Shown one piece after another: positions 1 to 11,289 of a stretch of DNA of 42,437 bases. Numbering within the stretch: the first letter of the stretch is position 1; each line of letters opens with the position of its first letter. Source of the stretch: Octopus bimaculoides (Eukaryota); assembly GCF_001194135.2 (NCBI RefSeq), contig NC_068984.1:44386959-44429395 (forward strand), given 5' to 3'. The notes beneath the pieces were generated by a model. The model was not told the origin of the DNA and did not search any database. It saw only the letters and a program-made list of their open reading frames with translations. Both the position numbers and the translations under genes were made by a program.

Positions 1-354
1 AGTGTGCCACCGGATCGGGAGGCTCTGTCAGTGGGATTTGTGTCACCGACAGAGCAGGTTTCGGCCCCTTCCGATGATGAGGAAACGGAGTATATCTTCT
101 GTTACCTTAAGGGAGGGCCCGTTGAAAAGTGTCTGGATGATCTATTTGACCGTGAGCGTTACAACTGGGAATGTATAGACCATCCACGTTGGCCTCCGCA
201 GGTGGCTGCGGAGGTCTTAAATCATAGTGAAGTCATGGAGGTCGGAAAGACCTGTCAAAAAGAGGATTTTATTTACTCTCTTTCGAGCGTGCCACTGCGA
301 GATCTCCTGATGGCGACGGGAAAATTGCTTGGAGGTCTGGATGAGGAAGATTAG
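1..354 (+). other. 3' end of an open reading frame of unknown product, probably repeat-derived; open from the window start
   Basis: Frame 1 is open from base 1 to TAG at 352-354 (...CLDDLFDRERYNWECIDHPRWPPQ...GGLDEED*). GC- and CpG-rich relative to the window, no splice signals seen. Followed by a ~220 bp tail ending in AATGAAATAAA. No family recognised. Confidence 0.35.
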
Positions 355-573
355 ATCTTTTAAAGGAACTTTTATTGAACTTTATTGAACTGCCATTGAA
401 TTTTTGACTTTTATTGGATTTGTATTGAACAATGTTTTCGAGGGGTTATCGATCGGCGGGCGTCGGTCATCCTCATCTCATTAATGTCCGTCTCCAGCCC
501 GCAGCTACTTTACGTTTGTCTGTCCTTGTTTGTCTCCTCTTTGTAAGGCCTTAATGGCCAATCTAATGAAATA

Positions 574-949
574 AAGTAGCTTGCTTACGAACCACGTGGT
601 TCCGAGTTCAGTCCCACTGCGTGGTACCTTGGGCAAGTGTCTTCTACTATATAGCCTCGGGCCTTGTGAGTGGATTTAGTAGACGGAAACTGAAAGAAGC
701 CCGTCGTATATGTGTATATGTATGTTTGTGTGTGTATATGTTTGTGTGTCTGTGTTTGTCCCCCACCCCCAGCATCGCTTGACAACCGATGCTGGTGTGT
801 TTACGTCCCCGTAACTAAGCGGTTCGGTAAAAGAGTTCGACAAAATAAGTACTAGACTTACAGAGAATAAGTCCTGCGGTCGATTTGGTCGACTAAAGGC
901 GGTGCTCCAGCATGGCCACAGTCAAATGACTGAAACGAGTAAAAGAGTA
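574..949 (+). mobile_element. tRNA-derived SINE, family A (5'-truncated copy)
   Basis: B-box-like GAGTTCAGTCCC, CCTTGGGCAAGT segment resembling the start of the CORE domain, internal (TA/TG)n tract, tail GACTGAAACGAGTAAAAGAGTA. Aligns by eye with copies at 25461, 32237, 33372 and 38182. Confidence 0.9.
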
Positions 950-1109
950 TTTACGTTTCTGACATGCTTATTTTCAATTGTAAAATCCACTTTTATAGAA
1001 AGAATAAGTTATACCATTCAGCTTTTAGACAGATCAACTCTATGGGTAGGTTGTTACTGTATAACTAGTTGTGGGTTCACAGTAACGTAGCCACAGCACA
1101 TTCTAATTG

Positions 1110-1115
<6 letters not shown>

Positions 1116-1160
<45 letters not shown>
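1116..1160. repeat. (TA)n microsatellite plus poly-T
   Basis: Directly visible. Confidence 0.95.
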
Positions 1161-1249
1161 ACTATACTTGGTGTTTTCCATAAGGAATGACCAATTTGTT
1201 TTCTCAATACCCTCATTGATCAGTCGATACAGTCCAGATTTTACAAATT

Positions 1250-2600
1250 CCTTTCACTTTGAATTTTTCTCACGGTAGAAAAAAACAAACAAATTTTATT
1301 CTAATTCCAAGCCTACACCGTTGACTTTAAAGTGGAATTTTAATAGGCTTGTCTTCATTAAACTTTGGTAATAATACTGTAATATTCATCAAAACTGGAT
1401 ATTTTGCTAAGATTTTCTTTCATTTGATTTATTTTCTGATATTGTCCATCCTTAATTTGATTTAATCTGAATCAGCAATCCTTCTTTTTTATGGGAAAAG
1501 CTGCAATCTAGATATTTTTCTCAGACAACTTTTTACATGTATGATTTGTAGCTTTACATTTGTAGCAATTTTGTTATTGATTCTTGTTGAATATTTTATT
1601 CAGTTTCTGTACAGCTTTAACAGCTAAATTTCCAGCCTCGTGCTCGTAAGTTTCAAAAGTTTTCAGTAGCCACGTGGGGAACTGGAAGAGCCGTTAGTAA
1701 CTCTGTCAACTGTCAAAGCAATTTTCTAAAGGTTTTTCAACGTCATGTATGTTTCCTTTAAAACATTTGTTGCAGTTTTTTTTTCATTCCGGTGCCTGTA
1801 ATTAATCTGGCTTTAATCATATAAATCAGTGGTTCTCAACCAGGGTCCATGTGATCCCTGAGGGTCCTTATTAGATTTTTGGGTGGTCAACACAACAAAA
1901 GAGTAAATTGGGGGTCCGCAACAGTATTTTAACAGTCCCTGAAAAACATTTGCTTTAGATGGGTGTATACTTATATATTGCAAGGAACAGCTAGGTTTTT
2001 TTCTCTTACATTTTACGTAGTTCAACCTACACAAGTTAATGCGTAAAAAAGCAAAACAGGAATTTAGAAGCTTCTATAAAACTAGTTTTTAAACATCGAA
2101 TGGTTGTAGGGGTCTACCAGAATGAAATGATAACCAAAGGGGTCCATAGACAAATGGTTGAGAAATGGTTGATAACCCCTGATATAAACTATAACTTATC
2201 TTTGAAGTCACAGACTACCAATTTCTATCTTAATTCTGCTACTATATAAAAAAAATATTCTATTCTTTTGATAACAACTTTAAAAATATAGTCTCAAAAT
2301 CAGTTTCTCTTCTTCTCAAAATGGATAGCAAATTTTTCTACTACTTGAAAAAATTTTCATTTTGAATAATCATCTGGCATCGTGAAGACACTATCAATTT
2401 AAATATTTTACCTTTAGTTCTATTTAGTTCGTTCGTGATTTTGCTTAGATCAAAATAAGTCTCTAACAAACCTCTCTAGCTTGCCTTTTTCTATTAAATA
2501 AACTCAGTTTACTGGTTCAAATATGTCTTCAGTCGTTGTAATGTTGTAATTTTCAAATTGCTTTTGTTTTCGTTCTTGATCGCAGTGCAGATCTCAATAT
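1250..2600 (-). mobile_element. Decayed hATm-like DNA transposase fragment, interrupted by a MITE
   Basis: Minus-strand translation gives CLHDAR*LFKMKIF...EEEKLILRLYF (about 2390-2280), resembling HHARW...LKIFLF...EEKGL of hATm transposases. It also gives NLAVKAVQKLNKIFNKNQ*Q / KSYM*KVV*EKYLDC (about 1640-1500), resembling their C-terminal AERGV...NK...EEQKQ.LLQVV...YPD segment. Many stops and frameshifts. Confidence 0.5.
1827..2181. mobile_element. hAT (Charlie-type) MITE
   Basis: TIRs CAGTGGTTCTCAACC (1827-1841) and GGTTGATAACCCCTG (2167-2181), 13/15 complementary. 8-bp TSD ATATAAAT (1819-1826) / ATATAAAC (2182-2189). Confidence 0.85.
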
Positions 2601-3422
2601 AGGAAACACACAGGTAAATACTACAAGAAATATTAGAAAGGGTTAACATAATAAGAAAATCAGCTTCGGTAATTAGATAATACCACCGTACAGCATTTCA
2701 AATAAAAAGAGACAACATTTATGAAAATATTCGCTCTACATAAATGTAAGCAGTGTGCAAACGGACTCCTTTAATGCACATTTAAAGCCAAAACATGGCA
2801 CTATGATTTAATAATATATTTATGGTGTATTTATAAACTACTTTTATACTATGTATCTATAAAATATCTCTATATAAGCCCTTAAATTTTCAGTTTTCAT
2901 AAATATTGTTCAATCTACTCACATTAGATTATTTTCTGTTTCATTTAAGAAGATATAGAATATTTCTCATTTTCTGGAGTTAGTTCAACATGTATCCATT
3001 TTCTCACGTTAATGTCTCCAGCTTGACGCATTCTACGGAACTCACATGTAGAGAACGCATTATCTCTAAAAACTCAATCTTTAAATATTCTGTCCGGCGA
3101 AAAACGTGACTTTAATTCTCAGCAGCTTCTTATCTCACAACCTATACATTGCCCTCCCCCCCCCACCGAAAGTATTGTACAAGCAATTTTTTGTGGGTCT
3201 TCTGCCCTTCAACTGCATGCTAAATCTACTTACCAGTACGGTCAAAACTAGGAATAGTTTGCTACTAGTATTACGCTTTTTTCTATCTTTGCTTGCACTA
3301 TTTAACCACCATTAAATATTCTTAATAATTGTACGAAAGATTGAATTATTCATCCTTTTATTTACTTGTTATTTGGAGTGAAGTTTGGTCGTTTCCTGTT
3401 CCTTTTTATCAAAATTTGCTTT

Positions 3423-3615
3423 NNNNNNNNNNNNNNNNNNNNNNNNNNNNNNNNNNNNNNNNNNNNNNNNNNNNNNNNNNNNNNNNNNNNNNNNNNNNNN
3501 NNNNNNNNNNNNNNNNNNNNNNNNNNNNNNNNNNNNNNNNNNNNNNNNNNNNNNNNNNNNNNNNNNNNNNNNNNNNNNNNNNNNNNNNNNNNNNNNNNNN
3601 NNNNNNNNNNNNNNN
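3423..3615. other. Assembly gap
   Basis: Run of N. Confidence 1.
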
Positions 3616-3814
3616 TAGATAAAGGTGTGTGTGTATGTATATATATATATATATATATACAATGGGTACGGGGCCATATTGTTAATGGGATGATCCAAAA
3701 ACAAGGATATGAAGAAGACATTGCGGGAGAAATAGTGGAAATAAAAACGTCTGAAGTAAAAAAAAAAATTTAAAAAACCTTTTTCCTCTAAATATAGACT
3801 ATCTATTTCTTCTA

Positions 3815-6800
3815 AACCCGCGATACAGGTGACTGAAGAAGGTGTACCATCCTTTTAAAACACCGATTCATGATGTTACTGAACGTACTGCAGGTTTATT
3901 GCTATTCAGAAACAACGTCCATAATAACTGAAATAGATGACAAGCTAGCTTTGGTCCAACTTTGAAAATGTTAAACTGATGGGCTTTCATGAAGAAGCCA
4001 CGAGGTAAATCAAACCTTTGTAAGGGACAGCGATGTGTTATTTGGTAGACAGGAGTTATGTGGCTTTCCGATACACAAAATTTTCATAACGTTTACAAAC
4101 ACTTTCACATTAAGGCATATCTGCCCTAGAGCACTCTGAAATGTGTTACTAAACGAAGATAAGAGAGTCGCGATTTGTGAAATCATCTTGTATTGAGCAG
4201 CACGCTTTGAGGTTCGTTCCTTCTTGTCGACGCTGCACTGTTTCTATTGCCAGTAAAACTTTAAATCACCGTTTTTGGTAATTTAGTGAGGCAGAGGAAC
4301 AGCGTCTATGAACCTTTTCAGAGCCTCCGTAATTGGTGAGAGATAACTGTGACTTGGGCCGAATATTTGAGAGATAACTCTGACTTGGACCTCGTTAAAG
4401 ACACTCATGACCGAGGTGATGTTTTTGAGCAGGATTGCAGATTAAGTTTATCATCCAAATTAAATCCGACACCTCAGTACGAACAGGTGCAATGGGATTG
4501 GTATTGCCCCTCCATTCGAAGTTGATGATGCACTGTATAATTACTGACCGCTTAATTTGCGAGTATCGCTGAGTTCAAACTGTAATATGATCATGAAGAA
4601 ATTAACGGGAACTATCTTTCCAATCCTGTTTTATTCTGCCATCCAACAGATAATTTATGTACAGAGCCATCTCTTATAAAATATTGCTCTTTTAAAAATC
4701 GGAATATATTTGTAACGATAAAGATTTTTGTTGAAGTCGAGGGTCGCCAGTTGTAAAGATAAAGATTAATTTTATAACGGTTGAAGTTTGATTGTGAACA
4801 GTGATATGATAAACGATAGTTGATACACAGTAGGATGGAATGTAATCTGTTTGTAAGGATTGGTTCTTCGATGGTTGTAAGATCCACTACATCACTCCCC
4901 TTCCCAGTGAGATTCCGGGAAAGGAAACGAACGATCGAAGGAGAGAAGGAAATGCATGGTTGAGGAGAAATTTTGCTTATCAGGAAAGAGGATCATTGAA
5001 GTGTATACGGGACAGTTTTCTATTCGGATTGGTTCGAATAGCGGTGTCGCTTTGCGTGCCAAAATGTGTGCAGTCAATAACTGAGCAGTACAGCAAATGA
5101 GCAAGTGTGTGCGCGTGAGGGCGTATACACAAGTGCAGGTGCATGTATCAAAACTCACTGAAAATTAAGCTTAGGTGAGCGAGTGAGTGTATTCTCAATC
5201 CATGATATGAAAGATCTTCCTGCAGGGTTGCAGTGTGTGAAATGCCTTGAAGTTTTTTCCGAAGTGAAATGCGTATGGTGCTGTTGTCGTGGTTAATTGC
5301 TGAGTTAGCAAGGACGATGGTGTAAGCATGCTGGAGTGATGCGCGAGACAGATAATTTTCTCTGTTAATTACGTGTCCAAACATGAGCACAGAGCATGTG
5401 AATGTCCGACGTGCTTTGAGTCGGGAAAAGAATTGAGTTGACACAGACGTGTTGCAAAACAAAGCAGTAGAGTTGCATAATAGAGGTACATGCGCATGTG
5501 TGCAAAAGGGCTTGCAGGGCTGAGGCGGAAATGCTAGTGCATTGATTAAAAATACAGTGTACAGTATTGAATATGCCAGTGATTAAGGCAGTGTTGAATA
5601 TGCTTGCCGGTACATGAGTTGAATATGCTTGCCTCGATCGTGCAGGAGCAAAAGTGTGGCATGCTGGCACCTTGTAAGGGACAAACAATTTTCTCTATGT
5701 ATGCGTGACCGACCTAAGGTCTTACAGAGACTAGTTGTATCTATAAAGGCGCAGGGAGCATGAAAAACAAGTGAGAATGGCATGTGTGGTGCATGAATGT
5801 GACAGTTAGCATGCATGTCTGTATGAACCATGTGTGCAGATGCGTGCGCAAGGCCAGGTGCTGAGGAAAGGTGCATGCGAAGAAAGAAATTGCAGACATT
5901 CAAAAGGAGAACACTTAGCATAAACCATGCAACAAAAACAGGTCAACAATGCGTGTGCAATGCAAACATAACAAAATGAATGAAGCAAAAATGACCAACT
6001 TGGTCAGAAAGTCTTCTGGTTCTGAAAAGATAAAAAGTGGCATTTGAAATGCAAAAATAGGTGCATCCAAAGTAAGTTCAAGTCTATGGCTGTCGAAAAC
6101 GTTGCGCGTGTAGGCTTCTATAGTTTTATCCAGTTAGTTTTCTGGGCATGTAGCTGTCGAAATTATGCATTTATTGGCTTGCATGGTCGGCAAATTCCTT
6201 ATGCATCGGCAGTGTTGCATTGTTGTGGGTTGCATCGCAGTATAGAGCTTTCTGTAGTAGGTCAAAAAAGTTAATTTCGACCTGTGTATTCTTATTGTAG
6301 TAGTAAACCATATAGAGAGATATGGTCATGTTCAGAGAACAGAAAGTGAGTTTGTGAAAGTGAGCGAGTGTGGGACGAAACAACTGCTTCGTTGGTGAGT
6401 TACCATAGTTGTCATTTTTGTGTCCTTATTTTTAGAGACGGCATTTTGTTTAGCCTGTCAGCCAGACTCCGTTCTCACTAACTGAGTTGTCACTAAGTGA
6501 CTGTCTTTTGCGTGTGTGTTCTTGCTTTTATAACTATCCAGAAGGATAGACATATCGTTGAGCACAATAGATTTAGTTGGTGGTCTTGTTATCTTAATTC
6601 TAGCTTCTGGTGAAATACAAGAGGTTAGACAGGTCAAGTGGTGAAGACATTATTTCGGCCTAGCTGAGGCATCTGGAAAATGTAAAACTGCTATCATAGA
6701 AAAACTATTGTTCCACGGTGAGAAAAGTTCTGTTGAACTGTTACTTGAAATTTGGCTATGGTGGATCGAATCCACTTCATGCCTGCAAGATCCATTACAT

Positions 6801-7400
6801 ATTCACAATGTTCAAAGTATAAGTCAAACTGGGTGAACAGGAAATCGGGAATCATAACCCTTACTGTATTTTCATCTGGAAGTGTTAGAAAAGACGGCGA
6901 TAATGAATAGTGTGAAAACTAATGGATCATTGGAAACATTAGTAAATGTAGTAGAAATCAAAGAGTTTACTCCTGATAAATGCAGTTGAGAAATAGCATA
7001 TAGAAACCTTTCTACACAACATGTTTATTATAAAACGAAGCCTTAACGATAGATTCTTCCCTTTCTTGAAATTCTCAAAATAAAATCTATCATAGGTTTT
7101 GCTATTAACGAGAATCGTATCTTATATGATTTATAAATCGAAGAACAGAGAAGTAATATGTATACACGAAAGTCAGTCGCTTATTTTACTTTGCAAAATT
7201 CATTGATGTCTTGAATGAGATGATTATGAACTATAAGACACTTCAGCAAATTTTCTGAATATATGAATATTGGGAGTGAGAAATTTTTCATATTGAAACT
7301 ATTCCTTTGAAAGTATTAGGCCTTTGTGTGAAAAGAGATTTTTAATACTATTGCAAGAAGTTCTAAAACACAGTTTTTGAAAATAAAGATTCGTACGGAA
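3815..7400 (-). mobile_element. Decayed BEL/Pao LTR retrotransposon pol (RT end, RNase H, linker, integrase)
   Basis: Collinear minus-strand motifs: VSNDPLVFTLFII...KGYDSRFP (about 6935-6840; cf. FDPLG..SPF.I...WD..LP); VLHFPDAS about 82 codons later in the same frame (about 6690-6665; cf. LHxFxDAS); KITRPPTK (cf. KTRVAPxK); KDSHLV (cf. TDSxIV); FLTKLVIFASF (cf. KLxRxxA); ALKRFIDAVPLPH*ITKNGDLKF (about 4325-4260; cf. ALRRFIARRGxPxxIxSDNGxNF). No LTRs found. Confidence 0.65.
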
Positions 7401-7469
7401 TAGTGATGAAAATCTATTGGTTGTTAGGGAGCAAGAGATACGCTACGAACGTCGGGTGAGTCTCTAGGT

Positions 7470-7484
7470 CAATGGTTCTCAATT
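7470..7484 (+). mobile_element. Single Charlie-like hAT terminal inverted repeat
   Basis: CAATGGTTCTCAA preceded by TCTAGG, similar to the 1827 TIR. The partner end was not found. Confidence 0.35.
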
Positions 7485-7664
7485 GTTTTGAGTTCGTGGT
7501 GCAAAAAATTAAGCAAAAAATATTGTCATCATACTTAGTAATATGAAAAGTAATAAATTACTAGTTTACATCACATGGAAAGTTCTATTTTAAAACCTGT
7601 TTTAAAGTTATTTAGAAAGAAAATGTAAAACTTATTGCTTACTAGATTTTATTTATTATTATTA

Positions 7665-7808
7665 GTGTGGCTATGTGGTAAGAAGTTTGCTTCCCAACCA
7701 CATGGTTGCATGGCACTTTGGGGAAGTGATTTCTACTATAGCTCTGTATTGAGTAAAACCTTCTTAGTGCATTTGGTAGACGGAAACTGAAAGAAACCCG
7801 TCGTCGAT
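7665..7808 (+). mobile_element. SINE family A, old diverged 5' half
   Basis: GTGGCTATGTGGTAAG...CCAACCACATGGTT...GGTAGACGGAAACTGAAAGAAACCCGTCGT matches the family A head. Confidence 0.8.
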
Positions 7809-7919
7809 CTATACATTTCTGTAGTGAACTTTCTCTCTCCTTTATTATATATACACACATACGAACGTAGCAGATAACAGCTAACCTTTGGGCACTGTCT
7901 AGACCCCGCTGTGTCCACC

Positions 7920-8060
7920 TCTCTGATTGGTTAGTATTGGCGCAATTTGTCTCTTACTTTAGCGCGCCAATTTGCAACCCAACCAATCGTAGTCCCTAAA
8001 TAAGATCACGTGCGACAGTCTGTTCACAATCCAATTTTGAGCTTACTATTAGCTATAAAA
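7920..8060 (+). promoter_or_regulatory. Pol II promoter-like motif cluster
   Basis: ATTGG at 7926 and 7936; CCAAT at 7967, 7983 and 8031; TTTAGCGCGCCAAT (E2F-like); CACGTG E-box at about 8007; TATAAAA at 8054-8060; locally CpG-rich. No downstream gene identified. Confidence 0.4.
7944..8039 (+). repeat. 96-bp segment, copy 1 of an exact duplication
   Basis: Identical base-for-base to 9782-9877. Confidence 0.95.
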
Positions 8061-9689
8061 ACTCACCTTGTCTTTGTCTCAAAGTCTTTTGGTTCCAAAC
8101 CTTCTAAGGTCCACCGACCACATGACACGGCTTGTTCCAGCGACGACACCAGACAACACCCGTCCAACATCAGTACAGTGACCTCCATCTTCGTCACCCC
8201 ATCATGTCTCTCAGCAACGTCGTCAACAATATCTCTTCGTGCACAGCACCAGCAATACTGCACACGTTCTAACATAGTGCTGATTGTGAACTACTTCACC
8301 ATGGTTAACAGCAACAATACAAGCCACACAGATGCATGTAAATATATGAATAGATGTTCTCCAAACCTTCTACTCGGTTGTGTCTCTCTTTTCCAACTGG
8401 CACATTATATGTATTATTTCAGCCTTCTGATATGAGGAGTCGATATAGATGGTCACACAACATGCACCTCGGACCACTATCTATAATGGTGACTACGACC
8501 ATCTATGTGTATTTTTTTGTGTTTCTATCTCACCACCGTTTGACATAGATTACTGCTGCTTGCAGAATAAGAAATACGAGTTGGAAGCAGACTGAATAAA
8601 AACTGTGCTTCATTTTCCAATAGCCACTTCATAGTAGCTACAATTGGAAACAGGGGGAAAGTAGACAAGTGTGAGTAGGTGGATTCTCCCAGATTATACA
8701 GGGGTTGCTTACTAACAGCACTGGTTTAACCATTAAGCAAAATATCATCCACCTTTACTCTCTCTCTATCTCTCTCTCACGCCAGGTTCAGAGGCCTTGT
8801 AAAGTTATTGGTGCGGCCTTTCTGAACGATAATACTCTCCTGAGGCGTTTGAAGCTCGTGGGGTGTTGAATATTTAGAATGTCTTGTAATTTTTCTTAGA
8901 TAGTTGAAAATATAGATAATAAACTACTATGTAAAATTAGTTTCTGATTGAATCTTTTTTTCACAAATTCAGTGGTGGGGCCGTTTATAAAACGCTAGTC
9001 TGTGAAAGGAAACTCTGAGGTTGAGAACTACCAACCTGCTAGAAATAACATCCAAATCACGCTCGAATCACACTTTAGTGCTTTAAAAAGGGAAGGACAT
9101 ATTTGGAAAGTGTGGCCTGCATTAACATTACCTGAAAAAAGAATGGATGGTCATGATTGGTATACATATGATCATTGGTTAGCTCAATCAGGATTAACAT
9201 GGAGTTAAATAACACCACCAACAGTATCCTAGATTTGTACGGTCCTTAACGAGACAAAGGCGCAGGTTAACTTGAGCGCTGAATTTGTTGACTACCTATA
9301 CGTTTGACCAGCTACCAATGGGTCGTAGCTATGGTTAAGCAAGAATAACACCAAATAACAACCTGGATAATATTAATTCACTTGAAAGGCGAATGTTATA
9401 AATATCCTTACAAAAAAACTGATAAATAGAACTCCGCTTCGATTTCCGTCTTTCCTCTTTGAGAAATGTATGCACATCACGCAATCTCATTCTTTTATAA
9501 ACCGGAGACCTTGTGCACAAAGAAATATATTTTATGTTTTTACCTTTTCTATTCTTTCTGTCTAAATTACTCGCTCCGCACTCACACGTCCCGTAAGCTT
9601 TCTTTAGTTATAGACACACCATGAGGTGCGGCAACTCAGTTAAGGAGAATAAGTAGAGTGGAGGACAAATGTTTCGAGGAATTTGTCCC

Positions 9690-9780
9690 GGCTCTTTATG
9701 GTTTAAGTTCTTATCCCATCAAGGCCGACTTTGCCTTTCAGCCTTTCGAGACCGATAAAATTAAGTACTAACCAAGTCCT
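9690..9780 (+). mobile_element. SINE family C, partial
   Basis: GCCGACTTTGCCTTTCAGCCTTTCGAGACCGATAAAATTAAGTAC is the sense form of the copies at 15620, 18590 and 30705. Confidence 0.6.
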
Positions 9781-9781
9781 G

Positions 9782-9877
9782 AATTTGTCTCTTACTTTAG
9801 CGCGCCAATTTGCAACCCAACCAATCGTAGTCCCTAAATAAGATCACGTGCGACAGTCTGTTCACAATCCAATTTTG
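9782..9877 (+). repeat. 96-bp segment, copy 2 of an exact duplication
   Basis: Identical to 7944-8039. Confidence 0.95.
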
Positions 9878-10554
9878 CAACCTTCCTCGTACCCACAATT
9901 TTTTTTTTTTTATGTTGTGCTTTGTTAAAACTATTTAATTATCTTATTCTGTGTTCAGTTCACGTCAAAGTCAATTGTACCTTTTATCCTCTTCAAGTTA
10001 AAATAAGTACAACTCTTCGAGGCTATTCTCATTGATAGAGTTAAATTCACTAATGCAAACTAACAGAATATTTATTACCCCGCTTTTCTTACTCAGCACT
10101 ACAAGCTAACGAATCATTTATCAATTTTGCACTGCCGCCACCACTGCTGCTTGCAGTGGTAGATTGTTTCTGTCCTTTTGTGATACCTCTTTACAGCTAA
10201 ATACACTGAGCCATTGAGAGTTAATAGCTTTGTCTATCGATTTATCGAAGCGCTTTGGACAAGGTATGAACAACCCACTCTTCGGCAGGTAGTGTGACAT
10301 TCTATCGATTTAGCTATCTGCGGCCTTTTATTCCATTATAGATCATTATTAAATTCTGTTTCTATTAAAGTTATAATTAACCTGTGAAAGTTGTAATAAA
10401 AGAAAGGTTACAAAAACAAAGAAATGCGCTTAATAAAAGACTGTGATTGTGTTGTTTTTATGAGCAGATTCCTTCTATCTGACAATGTCTGCTTCTAATA
10501 CGTACATTGAATGTATTTAGGCATGTACTTACTTGTCTATCTCGCCATCTCTCG

Positions 10555-10609
10555 ACACACACACATACACAATTTGTGTATAACTATACATTTACTTACT
10601 AATTAACAG

Positions 10610-10653
<44 letters not shown>

Positions 10654-10800
10654 GCACACACACACACATATGTGAATATGCTGTTTTAGTCTATATATTG
10701 AGGTGTGTGTATGTAAAGTGTCCGCATCTCTCTCTCTCTCTCTTCTATACATAGTTATAAATAAATTATTTGAGTATGTATGTGTCCTATAAACGAGTAT
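10555..10800. repeat. Compound (CA)n/(TA)n/(CT)n microsatellite region
   Basis: Directly visible; (TA)n at about 10613-10652. Confidence 0.9.
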
Positions 10801-11289
10801 GTGCATGTGTTTTCTTCATTTGAGCTGTAGTTATGTGTGTAGATGGTGCATCAATAAATTACTTTAGACATCTTTGATATCATAACTGACAATTAAGTAA
10901 TTCTCTACTGTTCTCCTTGACATCAAAGACTTGCAGTTTAGTTAGGCTCTTCCTGTTGACATCAATAATTAAAACTCCGTCAACTCCACTCTCTGGATTG
11001 ATCCGTGTTTACGTCACTCCAAGCCTAATGTCATCTCATAATCGATGGCTGTTAGGCTTAAAGGGATGTCGATAGGATGTATCTAGTACTTTATTGATCT
11101 ATATTACTTCAGCGATGAGGTCAGCAGGACCTAACCAGTACTTTCCTAATCTATATGCACTCTGCTGTGGGGTTCACGTGTCGCCGATTTTAAATTACAA
11201 TACATCAATTTAAAGAGAAACAATAGAAAAATTATTATTTAAATCTATATTCTTTTATTGGCCCTGGCCTCCGTTTTCTGCATTGCGGC

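Noticed and set aside
1525-1580. Apparent CCHC zinc knuckle (CYKCKATNHTCK) on the minus strand
   Set aside because: The last Cys needs a frameshift, and the surrounding frames fit a hATm transposase C-terminus better.
3329-3773. ORFs spanning the first N gap
   Set aside because: Artefacts of translating N as X.
5800-6400. Viral glycoprotein with TM and zinc-finger tail (endogenous RNA virus idea)
   Set aside because: No diagnostic viral motif; the upstream part is collinear with BEL RNase H and linker motifs.
6540-7400. Plus-strand pseudo-ORF suggesting NACHT/LRR (EASGKCKT, LEILKI)
   Set aside because: In-register antisense shadow of the BEL pol frame; no Walker B motif or regular LRR period.
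8010-8435. 141-aa plus ORF and overlapping 70-aa minus ORF
   Set aside because: GTG start lies upstream of the TATA-like box, low-complexity Ser/Thr content, no recognisable homology.
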